32,625 bases of DNA from Elusimicrobiota bacterium (GTDB lineage: Bacteria > Elusimicrobiota > Elusimicrobia > Elusimicrobiales > UBA9959). The first letter of the stretch is position 1. Every line of letters starts with the position of its first letter. The notes under the pieces were generated by a model, which did not search any database, had not been told where the DNA came from, and saw only the letters and a program-made list of their open reading frames with translations. The position numbers and the translations under genes were made by a program. Positions 1 through 10,164 of the stretch are shown in pieces. The stretch covers positions 1 through 32,625 of the forward strand of contig DAOWCC010000003.1 in NCBI GenBank assembly GCA_030639665.1, in the 5' to 3' direction.

Positions 1-109
1 AAAAAAGAAAGGCTGTTTGGAAAATTTTCATTCCTCTTTTTGGAACTTTATATAGTGGGAAGCGAAAAAAGATAAAAAAGCCGGTTTAATTAAGATTGAC
101 CGGGCTTTT

Positions 110-985
110 ATGAATTTAAAAGAGATAAATTTCAAATTGGCCGTATTCAATTATATCTGCGCGAGAAGCGTTGGCGCGTCATTGGATTTTATAGCTGAAA
201 AACACGGCCGCAAGAACTTTTTAGATATTTACGCCTCTCTAATGGCCCCGTCCCGGTTTTATTTTAAACGGTTTTTAAAAGATGTGGAAGCGGGTAAAAA
301 GTCGGAATCTTTTTTTGCCGACAGAATAAAAGATATTCCGATAGATAAGCTGTCCAAGGCGTTTAAAAATTCAGAAAAGCAAAAAATAACTCTCGGCCAA
401 ATTTCCAAAAGCGGCAGATTGTTTATTGAGGCCGTAAATGATTTGATTTTATTGAAAAACGAAGTAAACTATTATTTTTCGCTGATAAACAAGGCTTATA
501 TGTCGCGGATTTTTAAATTAAGGGCGAATTTGACGGGCGAGGATATAGCCAAAATTTGTAAACTTTCCATTGATTCCGCCCGAAAAATAATTAATAAGGA
601 ACCGGGCTCCCGCGAACTTTTTGCCTGCAAAAAAGAAAAACGCCGCAATCGCGCTGAAAAAATTCAAACGGAGTTTCCTTTGAAGGGTATTATTGTTTGC
701 GAGGGAGACGCGAAAGGCAGAATTAAAATAGTGAGAAAACCCTCAGACGCGAAAGATATAACGGAACGGGATATACTTGTATCGGATTATTTAAACGGCG
801 AGCTTCTTGTTCCGATGCTTATATGCAAAGCCATAATAACGGCCAGAGGCGGGTTTTTGTCGCACGCGGCGGCGCTTTCAAGAGAGATAAAGAAGCCGTG
901 TTTAACCGGAGTTTTCGGTTGTGAGAAAATTTTTTCCGATGGGGAAAAAATTACGATAAGAAAAGGAATGATTTACAGAAAATAA
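110..985 (+). CDS. PEP-utilizing enzyme mobile (phospho-His swivel) domain protein; possibly the 3' part of a longer, interrupted gene
   Basis: C-terminal GDAKGRIKIV...DILV...AIITARGGFLSHAAALSREIKKPCLTG matches the PEP-utilizer TxxGGxxSHAAxxxRE motif. No ATP-grasp domain in the ORF. No SD before ATG110. The same frame is open upstream except for one TAG at 53-55. Confidence 0.75.
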   Translation: MNLKEINFKLAVFNYICARSVGASLDFIAEKHGRKNFLDIYASLMAPSRFYFKRFLKDVEAGKKSESFFADRIKDIPIDKLSKAFKNSEKQKITLGQISKSGRLFIEAVNDLILLKNEVNYYFSLINKAYMSRIFKLRANLTGEDIAKICKLSIDSARKIINKEPGSRELFACKKEKRRNRAEKIQTEFPLKGIIVCEGDAKGRIKIVRKPSDAKDITERDILVSDYLNGELLVPMLICKAIITARGGFLSHAAALSREIKKPCLTGVFGCEKIFSDGEKITIRKGMIYRK

Positions 986-1012
986 ATCGACTTTACGGAG
1001 GAGCGTTTGCTT

Positions 1013-3247
1013 ATGTTTTCAATAGATATTTATGACGAAAATTTTTTAAAAGAAATATTCGCCGTAACCGACGCCAATTCTCTTCCCGAAACCCCGCCCA
1101 ATTATCCGCCGTTTTTTTCATGGGACAAAACAGCCGGCTTTGAGGTTGATAAAATATCAAATATCTGGAAGAAATCGAATAAAGAGAATTTTGACCGCAA
1201 TCCCACCATATATGTTCATGTGCCTTTTTGTGAATATATCTGCAAGTTTTGCGGTTTTTACAGAAAGATTCCCAAAAATAATATTGAAATAAATAAATAT
1301 TTGAAAGCTCTTGAAAAAGAAGTTCTTTTTTTGAAAAAAACTTTCAAAAATTTGCCAATCAGAAATTTATTCATTGGCGGCGGCACGCCCACCATTTTGA
1401 GCGAAGATGAATTGGAGTTTATGTTTGGGATTTTTAAAGACAATTTTAATATAACGAAAAACACCAGAATAGCCATTGAATCCAGCCCGCAGACTTTAAC
1501 TTATCCAAAGGCTAAAAAATTGAAGAAGCTCGGAGTTGGATTTTTATCCATGGGAATTCAGAGCTTTAATGAACAATTGATGAGAAGTTTCAACAGGCCG
1601 CAAACCATGAGCCAATGCGTGAACGCTCTGAAAAATGCCAAGAAAGCGGGCATAAAAAATGTTGAAGCCGATTTAATGGTGGGTTTGCCCGGCCAGACTG
1701 AAAAAATTTTCATGAAAGATGTGGATATATTATCCAAATTTGATTTGGAAAGAGTTTATATATTTGATTGGCAGCCAAAAGAATTTACGGGGTTTAAGAA
1801 TTTTCACGGAGCTTCTCTTGGGCTAAGCGATTTAAGAAAAGCCAGAGAGTGGAGAAAAAAAGCAATAGATTTATTGGTAAAGCGGCAAGGCTATACAACG
1901 GAAAGCGGACACTGGATGTCCAAAAGGAAAGGAGGCGAATGGCCGTATACATATGACCAGCAGGAAAATGAAGGCTATTCCATATTGGGGCTGGGCCCTA
2001 CCGGCATGAGTTATTGTACCGATGGTCAGAGATATCAAAATATTTCCAGTGTGAGCAAATATGTGTCATTGATTGAAAAAAATAAATTGCCGATAGCAAT
2101 AATACATTTTCCCTCCAAAAGAGATGAAATGGTCAATTACGCCCTGTTAAAATATATACATACGGGAAGCCTTGTTATAAATCGTTTTAAAAAGAAATTC
2201 AAAAAAAACCCCGAAGATGTTTTCAAGAAAGAATTTGACTATCTTTGTAAAAAAGACATAATTCTCAAGGCCGGTTCCTCCTATGCGCTTAAGGACAGAA
2301 CAAGAGCCATATTTTTCCTTAAAGCGGTTTTTTATTCTCCTGAACTGATAAAAAAATTGGCCCGGCGCGCGAAAATTAAAATTGAATATAAAAACAGCGG
2401 CTCCGCTAAAAAATCCATTTCTGAAAAAGTTTCAGATTCCCGTAATTTGAAGATAATATATCTTGGTAAAAATTTCAAAAGAGAACTTATCGGACTGGAA
2501 GGCTTAAAATCCGAGAAAAGAGATTTTAAGGATATTGCGGCGGAACTTAAAAGCAAAAATTCCAAAGGGCTTAATGAAGTTATCTTCATGGACGGGGATT
2601 TTATTGAATATGAGAAAGCGTGTTTTCTTATAAATATCGCCGGTAAAATAGGTTATAAAAAGGTTTCGTTTTTTACCTCCGGATTGACCGGCGCGAGCGC
2701 CGAGAAATTTAAAAAACTTAAAAAATACGGGATTGATAAATTTTATCTGAATATGCCGGATTTTCAGGATAGCGGTTTTAGTAATAAAGATGTGAAAGTG
2801 AAAAACGCTTTTTGGGCTAAAAAAGCGGGGCTGAATCTGGTAATGACGGCTATCTTGAATGAAAAAGAATTTGGAAATATTGAGAAGCGATTTTCCTTGG
2901 CGAAAAAACTGGGAGCGGAAGAATTTTTATATGTTTTGCCCAGTGGTTATAAAAATCATAATACCGCGGCGTTGTATGAAAAGCTCAAAAAGAACGCTAA
3001 AAAAATAAATGCCGCGGCATCAAGAAAAAAAATAAAGGTTAAAATTTTGAATTCTTTGCCGTGTTTTTTGCAATCATATAATGAATTTTTTGAAAATTTT
3101 TTATTTGTTTCGGATGCCAGGGAAGAAGGCGATCTGATAAAAATCGAAGTGTGCTTAAAATGCAAATATTCATCCCATTGCCCGGGGCCGCGAGAGGAAT
3201 ATCTGAAGGAATTGAAGCATTTTGATATAAAACCGATAAAAGTGTAA
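1013..3247 (+). CDS. HemN/coproporphyrinogen III oxidase-like (class C) radical SAM protein fused to a C-terminal degenerate radical SAM domain with a Cys-rich tail
   Basis: NYPP, YVHVPFCEYICKFCGF (CxxxCxxC), FIGGGTPT, SMGIQSF, DLMVGLPGQT and LGLGP are HemN-family motifs. The extra ~280 aa has no CxxxCxxC and ends SLPCFL...CLKCKYSSHCPG. SD GGAGGAG at 997-1003 favours ATG1013 over TTG1007. Confidence 0.8.
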   Translation: MFSIDIYDENFLKEIFAVTDANSLPETPPNYPPFFSWDKTAGFEVDKISNIWKKSNKENFDRNPTIYVHVPFCEYICKFCGFYRKIPKNNIEINKYLKALEKEVLFLKKTFKNLPIRNLFIGGGTPTILSEDELEFMFGIFKDNFNITKNTRIAIESSPQTLTYPKAKKLKKLGVGFLSMGIQSFNEQLMRSFNRPQTMSQCVNALKNAKKAGIKNVEADLMVGLPGQTEKIFMKDVDILSKFDLERVYIFDWQPKEFTGFKNFHGASLGLSDLRKAREWRKKAIDLLVKRQGYTTESGHWMSKRKGGEWPYTYDQQENEGYSILGLGPTGMSYCTDGQRYQNISSVSKYVSLIEKNKLPIAIIHFPSKRDEMVNYALLKYIHTGSLVINRFKKKFKKNPEDVFKKEFDYLCKKDIILKAGSSYALKDRTRAIFFLKAVFYSPELIKKLARRAKIKIEYKNSGSAKKSISEKVSDSRNLKIIYLGKNFKRELIGLEGLKSEKRDFKDIAAELKSKNSKGLNEVIFMDGDFIEYEKACFLINIAGKIGYKKVSFFTSGLTGASAEKFKKLKKYGIDKFYLNMPDFQDSGFSNKDVKVKNAFWAKKAGLNLVMTAILNEKEFGNIEKRFSLAKKLGAEEFLYVLPSGYKNHNTAALYEKLKKNAKKINAAASRKKIKVKILNSLPCFLQSYNEFFENFLFVSDAREEGDLIKIEVCLKCKYSSHCPGPREEYLKELKHFDIKPIKV

Positions 3248-3315
3248 AAAGGAAGCCGGCAAGTCGTAGAGCGCGGGGCCATTTTTTAGTAAACTGAATA
3301 TATACGGAGGATATT

Positions 3316-4506
3316 ATGATTGACGCGAAAAAGATAAATGAAGCGGTAAAAAAACAGGAAAAAAATATAGTTGCTTTTGCCAGAGATTTGGTGAAGATTT
3401 CAAGTTTTTCAATGGAAGAGGGCCCGGTCGCCAAAAGAATATTGAAAGAAATGAAGAAAGTCAGTTTTGATAAGGCCAAGATAGATAAAATGGGCAATGT
3501 TATAGGATTTATAGGCAAAGGCCGGAAAAAAATAATGATGGACGCCCACATAGATACGGTTGGAGTGGGAGATAAATCGGCTTGGAAAATAAATCCTTTT
3601 GCCGGAATTTTAAAGAACGGCGTTATTTACGGCAGGGGTGCGACCGACCAAAAGCTGTCAATGGCTTCCATGGTTTACGCCGGAAAAATTATTAAGGACC
3701 TTAAACTTTATAATGATTTTACTTTGATGGTGGTGGGTTCATGCCAGGAAGAGGATTGCGACGGCCTTCCTTTGCTTCACATAATTAATAAAGAAAAGCT
3801 TAAACCGGATTTCGTTGTTTTAACCGAGCCGACAAATCTTGCCGTTTATAGAGGACACAGGGGCAGAATGGAAATGAAGGTTACGGTTAAAGGGAAATCC
3901 TGCCACGCTTCCGCTCCCGAGCGCGGTGATAACGCAGTGATTAAGATGACTGCCATAGCGCAAGAAATAACCGCGCTTAATAAAAAATTGAAAAAAGATA
4001 AATTTTTGGGCAAAGGCACTGTGGCCGTAACTTCCATAGACTGCAAAACTCCCTCGTTAAACGCCATTCCCGACGAATGCGCCGTTTATTTGGACAGAAG
4101 GCTCACTATCGGTGAAACGCTTAAAACTTCGGTAGCCGAGATTAAGAAGCTCGCCTCGGTTAAAAAATTCAAAGCGAAAGTGGAAGTTCTGCAATATGAG
4201 GCCGTTTCATGGACGGGTTTAAAAGTGGGACAGGAAAAATATTTTCCAACTTGGGTTTTGCCGGCAAACCATAAACTTGTTAAGGCCGGAGTTGAGGCGG
4301 GAAAAATAGCTCTCGGGAAAAAGCCCGTGGTTGATAAGTGGGTTTTTTCAACCAATGGAGTCGCGTCTTGCGGAAGATTAAAAATACCGTCAATAGGCTT
4401 CGGTCCTTCAGATGAGATTTACGCGCATACGGTTAAGGAGAATATGCCTGTTTCTCATCTTTTAAAAGCCGCTTCTTTTTATGCGTCCATAGGCATGTTC
4501 CTTTAG
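3316..4506 (+). CDS. ygeY: YgeY-family M20 metallohydrolase (selenium/purine metabolism-linked; ureido/N-carbamoyl hydrolase-like)
   Basis: DAHIDTVG, YGRGATDQK, QEEDCDGL, LTEPT, YRGHRGRMEM, GKSCHASAPERGDNA, KYFPTW, KWVFSTNGV and GFGP..E..AH are characteristic of YgeY. SD GGAGG at 3306-3310. Confidence 0.85.
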   Translation: MIDAKKINEAVKKQEKNIVAFARDLVKISSFSMEEGPVAKRILKEMKKVSFDKAKIDKMGNVIGFIGKGRKKIMMDAHIDTVGVGDKSAWKINPFAGILKNGVIYGRGATDQKLSMASMVYAGKIIKDLKLYNDFTLMVVGSCQEEDCDGLPLLHIINKEKLKPDFVVLTEPTNLAVYRGHRGRMEMKVTVKGKSCHASAPERGDNAVIKMTAIAQEITALNKKLKKDKFLGKGTVAVTSIDCKTPSLNAIPDECAVYLDRRLTIGETLKTSVAEIKKLASVKKFKAKVEVLQYEAVSWTGLKVGQEKYFPTWVLPANHKLVKAGVEAGKIALGKKPVVDKWVFSTNGVASCGRLKIPSIGFGPSDEIYAHTVKENMPVSHLLKAASFYASIGMFL

Positions 4507-4529
4507 AATTTGTATTTTCGGTAAATTTT

Positions 4530-5579
4530 ATGATTCCACGAGAATTAGATCTTTGCGTTACAAATAAATGCAATATGAATTGCCTTTATTGCTATGCCGC
4601 CGGAAAAAATTTGGAGAACAAAAGTTTAACGCTTGAGGAAATGAAAAAGGCCGTTCTTATGTATTTTGAAGCCGCATTGTCTGAAAAGAGAAAAATCGAC
4701 AAAATAAGCGTTTCGGGGGGAGAGCCTCTTACTCATTGGGACGCTGTGTCCCGGTTTATTTTGTGGTTTTCAAAGCATACTCCGCAAGATGTAAACGCCG
4801 AAATTTTCACGAACGGTTTGTTATTGGATAAAGATAAGGCCAAGCTTATACTTGATAACGGGTTTAAATTAAGGATAAGTTTTGACGGGCTTAAAAAAAC
4901 TCATGACGCGAGCCGCGTATCCGTTTCGGGAAAATCTTCTTTTGACGGATTTATGAAAAACTTTAATTCTTTCCCTCTTTCTTTAAAGAAACGATGTGAA
5001 GTTGTGCCCATAGTATCGGAAAGAAATGTCGCGGATATGGCGGATAATATGAAGTTTTTGATGGATTTGGGATTTGCTTGCGTTAAGCCTTCTTTTGTTT
5101 TGGATGAAGTGTGGAAAAAGCAATCGTTTAAAATTCTGACCCGGCAATTTGATTTGCTAAAGGAACTTTTAAAAAAGCAAAAAAAATATTCTTTAAAGTT
5201 TGAAAAAATAGCTTTAAAAAATCTCTCCGGCGGCTTAAAGGAATTTTCCGCGTCAAATGAAATATCCGTCGGAACGGATGGCTGGTTTTATCCCTCCTCT
5301 CTGATTTCAGCTTCCGTGGCGGCTAAAAGCGAAGCCTTTAAAAAAAGATACCGCGTGGGAAATATAAACCGGGGCATAGACACGGAAAAATTCGGCAAAT
5401 TGAGGGAGTCTGCTTTTAAAGATATAAAAAAATCAAAAGCGGAGCTTTATTTAGGTTGTCTTCTTTGCATGCACTATAGCTCTAAAGTAAAGAAAGTGGA
5501 TTTTGAAAAACTTCTTCTAAGCGGCGATCAAATAGCTAAAATTACGGCCGCCTCGGGTTTGGGGGAAATTTCCTCTTGA
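4530..5579 (+). CDS. Radical SAM protein (anSME/SPASM-type fold) with a degenerate SPASM region
   Basis: TNKCNMNCLYCY, SGGEPL, FTNGLLL, ISFDG..HD..R. The SPASM-like ISVGTDGWFYPSS...VGNI has Ser where YPC is usual; only a CxxC remains near the end. Confidence 0.8.
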   Translation: MIPRELDLCVTNKCNMNCLYCYAAGKNLENKSLTLEEMKKAVLMYFEAALSEKRKIDKISVSGGEPLTHWDAVSRFILWFSKHTPQDVNAEIFTNGLLLDKDKAKLILDNGFKLRISFDGLKKTHDASRVSVSGKSSFDGFMKNFNSFPLSLKKRCEVVPIVSERNVADMADNMKFLMDLGFACVKPSFVLDEVWKKQSFKILTRQFDLLKELLKKQKKYSLKFEKIALKNLSGGLKEFSASNEISVGTDGWFYPSSLISASVAAKSEAFKKRYRVGNINRGIDTEKFGKLRESAFKDIKKSKAELYLGCLLCMHYSSKVKKVDFEKLLLSGDQIAKITAASGLGEISS

Positions 5580-5617
5580 ACATTTGCCCTTGAATGTTTT
5601 TTAGAGCCAAATTTATC

Positions 5618-7051
5618 ATGAGACATCCGTCCGTTTTACTTATTAAAAGCAGAAGTCTTATCGCTAAAAATACGGGAATCACTCCTCCCTTGGGCATATT
5701 GTATATAGCGGCTTATTTGAGAGAACGATTGAAAGCCGATGTCAAAATTATTGATACCGTCTGGGAAACCGATCCTTTGAACGCTGTTCGCTCCGCTGTC
5801 CGGGAGCAGAATCCCGATATTGTTGGGATAAGCGCTCTTACGGCGGAAGCCTTTTTAGCTCATAAAATCGCGGACGCGGTAAAAAGCGAAAATTCCGGTG
5901 TTCCGGTTATAATGGGCGGGCCCCATCCTTCTTCTCAGCCTGAGTTGGCGATGAATGATAAAAATATTGACGCTCTTATTGTGGGAGAAGGAGAGGTAAC
6001 ATTTTGCGAGCTTCTAAGGGTGATTGTTGAGGAAGGGCATCATTGGAAAAATTCAAAAATTCTGGCCAAAATAGACGGACTGGTTTTTAGAGGCGAAGGC
6101 ATTGAATTTTCAAAATCCAGAGCTCCCATAACTGATTTGGATTCTTTGCCTTTTCCGGCCTGGGACCTTATTGATTATAAAAAGTTTTGGACAAAAGCGA
6201 GCATGGCCACGATTGGCATAAGGCCTTATTTAACAATGTTTACTTCAAGGGGCTGTCCTTATCATTGTGTTTTTTGCCATCAGCTTTTTGGAAAGGTTTT
6301 TCGCGCCAGGTCTCCCGAAAGCGTGGCGGAAGAAGTCAGGCAAATACTTAAAATGGGAGCGAAACATATAGAGGTTTTGGATGATATCTCCAATCTTGAT
6401 CATAATAGATTTAATGGAATGCTTGAACTGATGCTTAAAGATAACTTACATCCCGTTTTAAGTTTTCCAAACGCCATAAGGGCCGATATTATGCGAGAAG
6501 ATTCCATTGATTTGCTTAAAAAAGTGGGCGTGGGAGAAGTTTCAGTGGCTATTGAGACGGCTTCAAATCGTTTGCAAAAATTGATAAAAAAAAATCTTTC
6601 ATTGGATAAGGCGTCAAAAACCATAGAAATGCTGACAAAACGGAGGATTTTTACCCGGGGATTTTTTATGCTGGGCCTGCCGACTGAGACTGAGGAAGAA
6701 ATGCGCTCCACCATTCGCTTTGCCCATAAATCCTCATTGCATCTCGCTTTGTTTTTTACGCCCAATCCTTTCCGCAATACCGAGCTTTACGATATGTTCG
6801 TAAAAGCGGGAAAACTGCCCGATAAATCCAGCACGATAGATTTTGAATATTACGGCTCTCCTTTTAACGCGAGCGAGATTCCCGAAAAAAAATACAGATT
6901 TTTATATAAATGGGCTTATTACGGATTTTATTTTAATATTATCAGGATGTTTCGCATAGCGCGCGACAGGCCTTTATGGTCGGATATTCCTCTTCGCGCT
7001 TATTCCTTGTTTCGCAATATCGTGTCATTTAGGAGATTAAAGGAAAATTGA
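5618..7051 (+). CDS. Cobalamin-binding radical SAM protein (paralog A)
   Basis: PPLGILYIAAYL, GGPHPS, GEGE, DLDSLPFPAWDL, TSRGCPYHCVFC, FFMLGLPTET. Start at ATG5618 or ATG5594. Confidence 0.9.
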   Translation: MRHPSVLLIKSRSLIAKNTGITPPLGILYIAAYLRERLKADVKIIDTVWETDPLNAVRSAVREQNPDIVGISALTAEAFLAHKIADAVKSENSGVPVIMGGPHPSSQPELAMNDKNIDALIVGEGEVTFCELLRVIVEEGHHWKNSKILAKIDGLVFRGEGIEFSKSRAPITDLDSLPFPAWDLIDYKKFWTKASMATIGIRPYLTMFTSRGCPYHCVFCHQLFGKVFRARSPESVAEEVRQILKMGAKHIEVLDDISNLDHNRFNGMLELMLKDNLHPVLSFPNAIRADIMREDSIDLLKKVGVGEVSVAIETASNRLQKLIKKNLSLDKASKTIEMLTKRRIFTRGFFMLGLPTETEEEMRSTIRFAHKSSLHLALFFTPNPFRNTELYDMFVKAGKLPDKSSTIDFEYYGSPFNASEIPEKKYRFLYKWAYYGFYFNIIRMFRIARDRPLWSDIPLRAYSLFRNIVSFRRLKEN

Positions 7052-7052
7052 T

Positions 7053-8585
7053 ATGGCCAATGTTTTGATTATGACGCCGTCTTCTCTTTACAGAAGGTGG
7101 CCCACCACTCCCGATACCACCAAGATGGCCACAAACGCGGCTCCCGTCACAATGCCGCAGCTTGCCGCCGCTTTGCCTAAGCATAATGTTAAAATTCACG
7201 ATGGCAACGCTTATGATATTTCACTCACTGAATACGCCGAATTATTACAATGGGCGGATATTGTCGCCATGAATATCATGAGCTCTTACGCGGCTTTGAA
7301 CAGCGAACTTAATATTCGGTTTATAAAAAAAATAAAGCCTGAAATAAAGGTGATACTTGGCGGTCATCACGCGACTTTTCAGGCGCAGGAATGGCTTTCA
7401 AAGGGGGCGGATGTCGTGGTTAGGCGCGAGGGAGAAATTACGCTGCCGGAAGTTGTGGACGCTTTGATTGAGAAAAAAGATCTCGCGCGGGTATTGGGCA
7501 TTTCTTGGAATTTGCAAGGCGATATTATTCATAATCAGGACCGTCCTTTTATTGAAAATTTGGATTCTTTGCCTTTGCCCAGATGGGATTTAATGAATTT
7601 TGGCAAATATTATTTGTATCTTCGAAAAAAGGGCTATCAGGCCTGTCTTGAAACCAGCAGAGGATGCGAGCAGCATTGCGCGTTTTGCCAGGTGGGCCCG
7701 ATGTGGAAGCATACTCACAGATTCAAATCCGTCGAAAGAGTGAGAGAGGAAATGAGACTGCTTAAGAGCTGCGGGGTTGAACAATTGTTTATCGTTGATG
7801 ACAATTACGGCTCCAATATGGATACCGACAGGCAAGCCGATATATACAAAATGATGCGTAAGGAAAATTTTAATTTTGAGTGGGGCGGATTTTTCAGGCA
7901 TGATTATATTTCATCAAATCATAAACTTCTTAAAGAGGCCGCGGCTACCGGCCTGAAATTCGCCTGCATAGGTTTTGAAAGCGTGGAAGGTTCCGACCTT
8001 AATTCCTTCAATAAAAAAAATTCTTCTTTCAAAAATCTCGATTCATACGCTAAGGAATATGAGTTTTTAAAGAGTCTTGGAATAATCAGTTTTGGTTTTA
8101 TTGTGATAGGCTATCCGGGGCAAAATGAAAGTTCCGCCATCGCAACTCTGGAGAACGCGCATAAATTTTGTAATTATCCCGTGGTTACCCTATATAAGCC
8201 TTTGCCCGGCACCGCCGGTTATATAAAAACGAAAAAAGAAGGCTTGCTGACAAAAAAAATGTTTTATCATGATTCTTTTACCGTGGCCATTAAAGGCACC
8301 AGGCCTATTTTAGCCAAATATAATCGGTTTTTTATCAAGTATTTAATGAGTCCGTCGCGTCTGGTGAAAGGGCTCATGAATAAAAATTGCAGGCCGATAG
8401 AAGTTGTTTTCTTTAAATGGTTTATCGGGGGTATTTTAAGAGCCAATTTTAAAAATGTCGGCGATTTTTTCTGGTTTATTTTTAAAGGCCGTAAATTACA
8501 GGAAGAAAAAGTCATGGAATATTTATGCGAAAATCATCTTTCGGATAAAAATGTTTCCCAACTTGTTAATAAAGCGAAAAAATGA
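7053..8585 (+). CDS. Cobalamin-binding radical SAM protein (BchE-like subgroup, paralog B)
   Basis: GGHHAT, REGE, NLDSLPLPRWDL, ETSRGCEQHCAFC, VDDN, IGFES, PLPGT, MFYHD. Confidence 0.9.
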   Translation: MANVLIMTPSSLYRRWPTTPDTTKMATNAAPVTMPQLAAALPKHNVKIHDGNAYDISLTEYAELLQWADIVAMNIMSSYAALNSELNIRFIKKIKPEIKVILGGHHATFQAQEWLSKGADVVVRREGEITLPEVVDALIEKKDLARVLGISWNLQGDIIHNQDRPFIENLDSLPLPRWDLMNFGKYYLYLRKKGYQACLETSRGCEQHCAFCQVGPMWKHTHRFKSVERVREEMRLLKSCGVEQLFIVDDNYGSNMDTDRQADIYKMMRKENFNFEWGGFFRHDYISSNHKLLKEAAATGLKFACIGFESVEGSDLNSFNKKNSSFKNLDSYAKEYEFLKSLGIISFGFIVIGYPGQNESSAIATLENAHKFCNYPVVTLYKPLPGTAGYIKTKKEGLLTKKMFYHDSFTVAIKGTRPILAKYNRFFIKYLMSPSRLVKGLMNKNCRPIEVVFFKWFIGGILRANFKNVGDFFWFIFKGRKLQEEKVMEYLCENHLSDKNVSQLVNKAKK

Positions 8586-10129
8586 AGAAAAAAAATATTA
8601 TATTAATGAATTCTCTAAGGCTTGCGCCGCGGTTTATGTCCACAAATGAATTTTCGCTTGTTTGGGGCCCTCATCCTTTGGTGACTCTCCCTCTTTTAGC
8701 CACTATGGTTCCCAAAAATTGGAATATTAAATTGTTGGATCCCATTGTTTACAATGTAAAACTGAAAGATTTTGGCTCTTTAATACAGAAAGCCGATGTA
8801 GTGTCAATAACCTGTACGGCTTCAAGTTCAGCTCTCAATACGGAGATGACTATAAAATTAATCAGGCAATTAAGGCCGGATATTCATATTGTGCTTGGCG
8901 GGCATCATTCTTCGTTTTATCCCAAAGAGTGGCTCGAAAAAGGGGCGAGTATTATTGTCAGAGGAGAAGGTGAATATACTTTAAAGGAAATTCTGGAGTC
9001 TATTGAAAAAAATGAAGGCTTTGACAAAATTAAGGGAATATCGTTTATTTCCGGCAATAAAATAATTCATAATCCCGATAGAGAATTAATGCCCGATCTT
9101 GACGCTTTGCCGTTTCCCAGATGGGATTTAATGGATTTTGGGCGTTATAATCAATTCACTCGCAGAAAAGGATTGACTGTGGGGATTGAAACCACGCGCG
9201 GTTGCACGAATAAATGTTCATTTTGTCTGGTTAATAAAATGTGGAAAGGAGAGCAGCGGTATCGCTCTCTTAATAAATCCATGGAAGATATTAAGCGGCT
9301 TTATTCGATGGGAGCAAGGCAATTGGGATTTGTGGGAGACGGTTTTGGCAATCCTCCCGACAGGCATATGGAATTGATGAAAGCCATACAAAAAGAAAAA
9401 ATGGATATTGATTGGATGTCGTTTATGAGGGTTGATTCCATTTTAAAAGAACCCCGTTTAGCCAAAGAAATGGCAAAGGCGGGATGCAAAGCTGTTTTTA
9501 TCGGTTTTGAATCGCCTTTTCAAAACCTGTTAAAAATATGGCAAAAAGGCCCCGACGGTTTGGCGAAAGTTTCAACATATCAAAAAGTTTATGAGCTTTT
9601 GGATAAAGAGGGAATACTTGTTTTTGGATTTTTAATAGTCGGGCATCCCCAAGAGCCTGAAGGAATAGTTCCTAAAATTTTTCGGGAATATCAAAAATGG
9701 TGCGATATTCCTTTGGTAAATGCCATTCAGCCGATGAAGGGAACTCTTGATTATGAGGATTATGAAAAGAAAGATTTATTGGCCAAAGATATGTTTTATC
9801 ATGATATAAGAATTCCGAGTTTGAAAGGTTCAAATAGAAATGTTCATGAGGGTTTAAGTTTGTTCGGTAAGAAAATTATTTTTGAGTTTCCGTTTTATAT
9901 GTTTTCGGCTAAAAAAACAAAAAGACAATTTTTCAGGCATATGTATTTGTTTTTAATAAAGAAACTTCTTGAAACGAATTTGGCCGAGCTTAAAGATTAT
10001 TGGCTATTGCTGAATTTTAATAAAATGTCTCCTTCAGACTTGCAGAACGCGGTAATAAACAGAAATCTTAATCCGAAAAAAATAAGCAAACTCGCGGAAA
10101 AATGCAGAAAAGGATTTAGCGTTTTATAG
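8582..10129 (+). CDS. Cobalamin-binding radical SAM protein (paralog C, related to B)
   Basis: GGHHSS, GEGE, DLDALPFPRWDL, ETTRGCTNKCSFC, IGFES, MFYHD. ATGA/TAA-type overlap with the upstream gene. Confidence 0.9.
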   Translation: MKKKNIILMNSLRLAPRFMSTNEFSLVWGPHPLVTLPLLATMVPKNWNIKLLDPIVYNVKLKDFGSLIQKADVVSITCTASSSALNTEMTIKLIRQLRPDIHIVLGGHHSSFYPKEWLEKGASIIVRGEGEYTLKEILESIEKNEGFDKIKGISFISGNKIIHNPDRELMPDLDALPFPRWDLMDFGRYNQFTRRKGLTVGIETTRGCTNKCSFCLVNKMWKGEQRYRSLNKSMEDIKRLYSMGARQLGFVGDGFGNPPDRHMELMKAIQKEKMDIDWMSFMRVDSILKEPRLAKEMAKAGCKAVFIGFESPFQNLLKIWQKGPDGLAKVSTYQKVYELLDKEGILVFGFLIVGHPQEPEGIVPKIFREYQKWCDIPLVNAIQPMKGTLDYEDYEKKDLLAKDMFYHDIRIPSLKGSNRNVHEGLSLFGKKIIFEFPFYMFSAKKTKRQFFRHMYLFLIKKLLETNLAELKDYWLLLNFNKMSPSDLQNAVINRNLNPKKISKLAEKCRKGFSVL

Positions 10130-10164
10130 AAACCTGTCATGTATATATCTTATAATGATAAGTA

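Noticed and set aside
3316-4506. Selenocysteine recoding, suggested by the 'selenium-linked' YgeY family
   Set aside because: No in-frame TGA is needed in any called gene and no SECIS-like element was seen.
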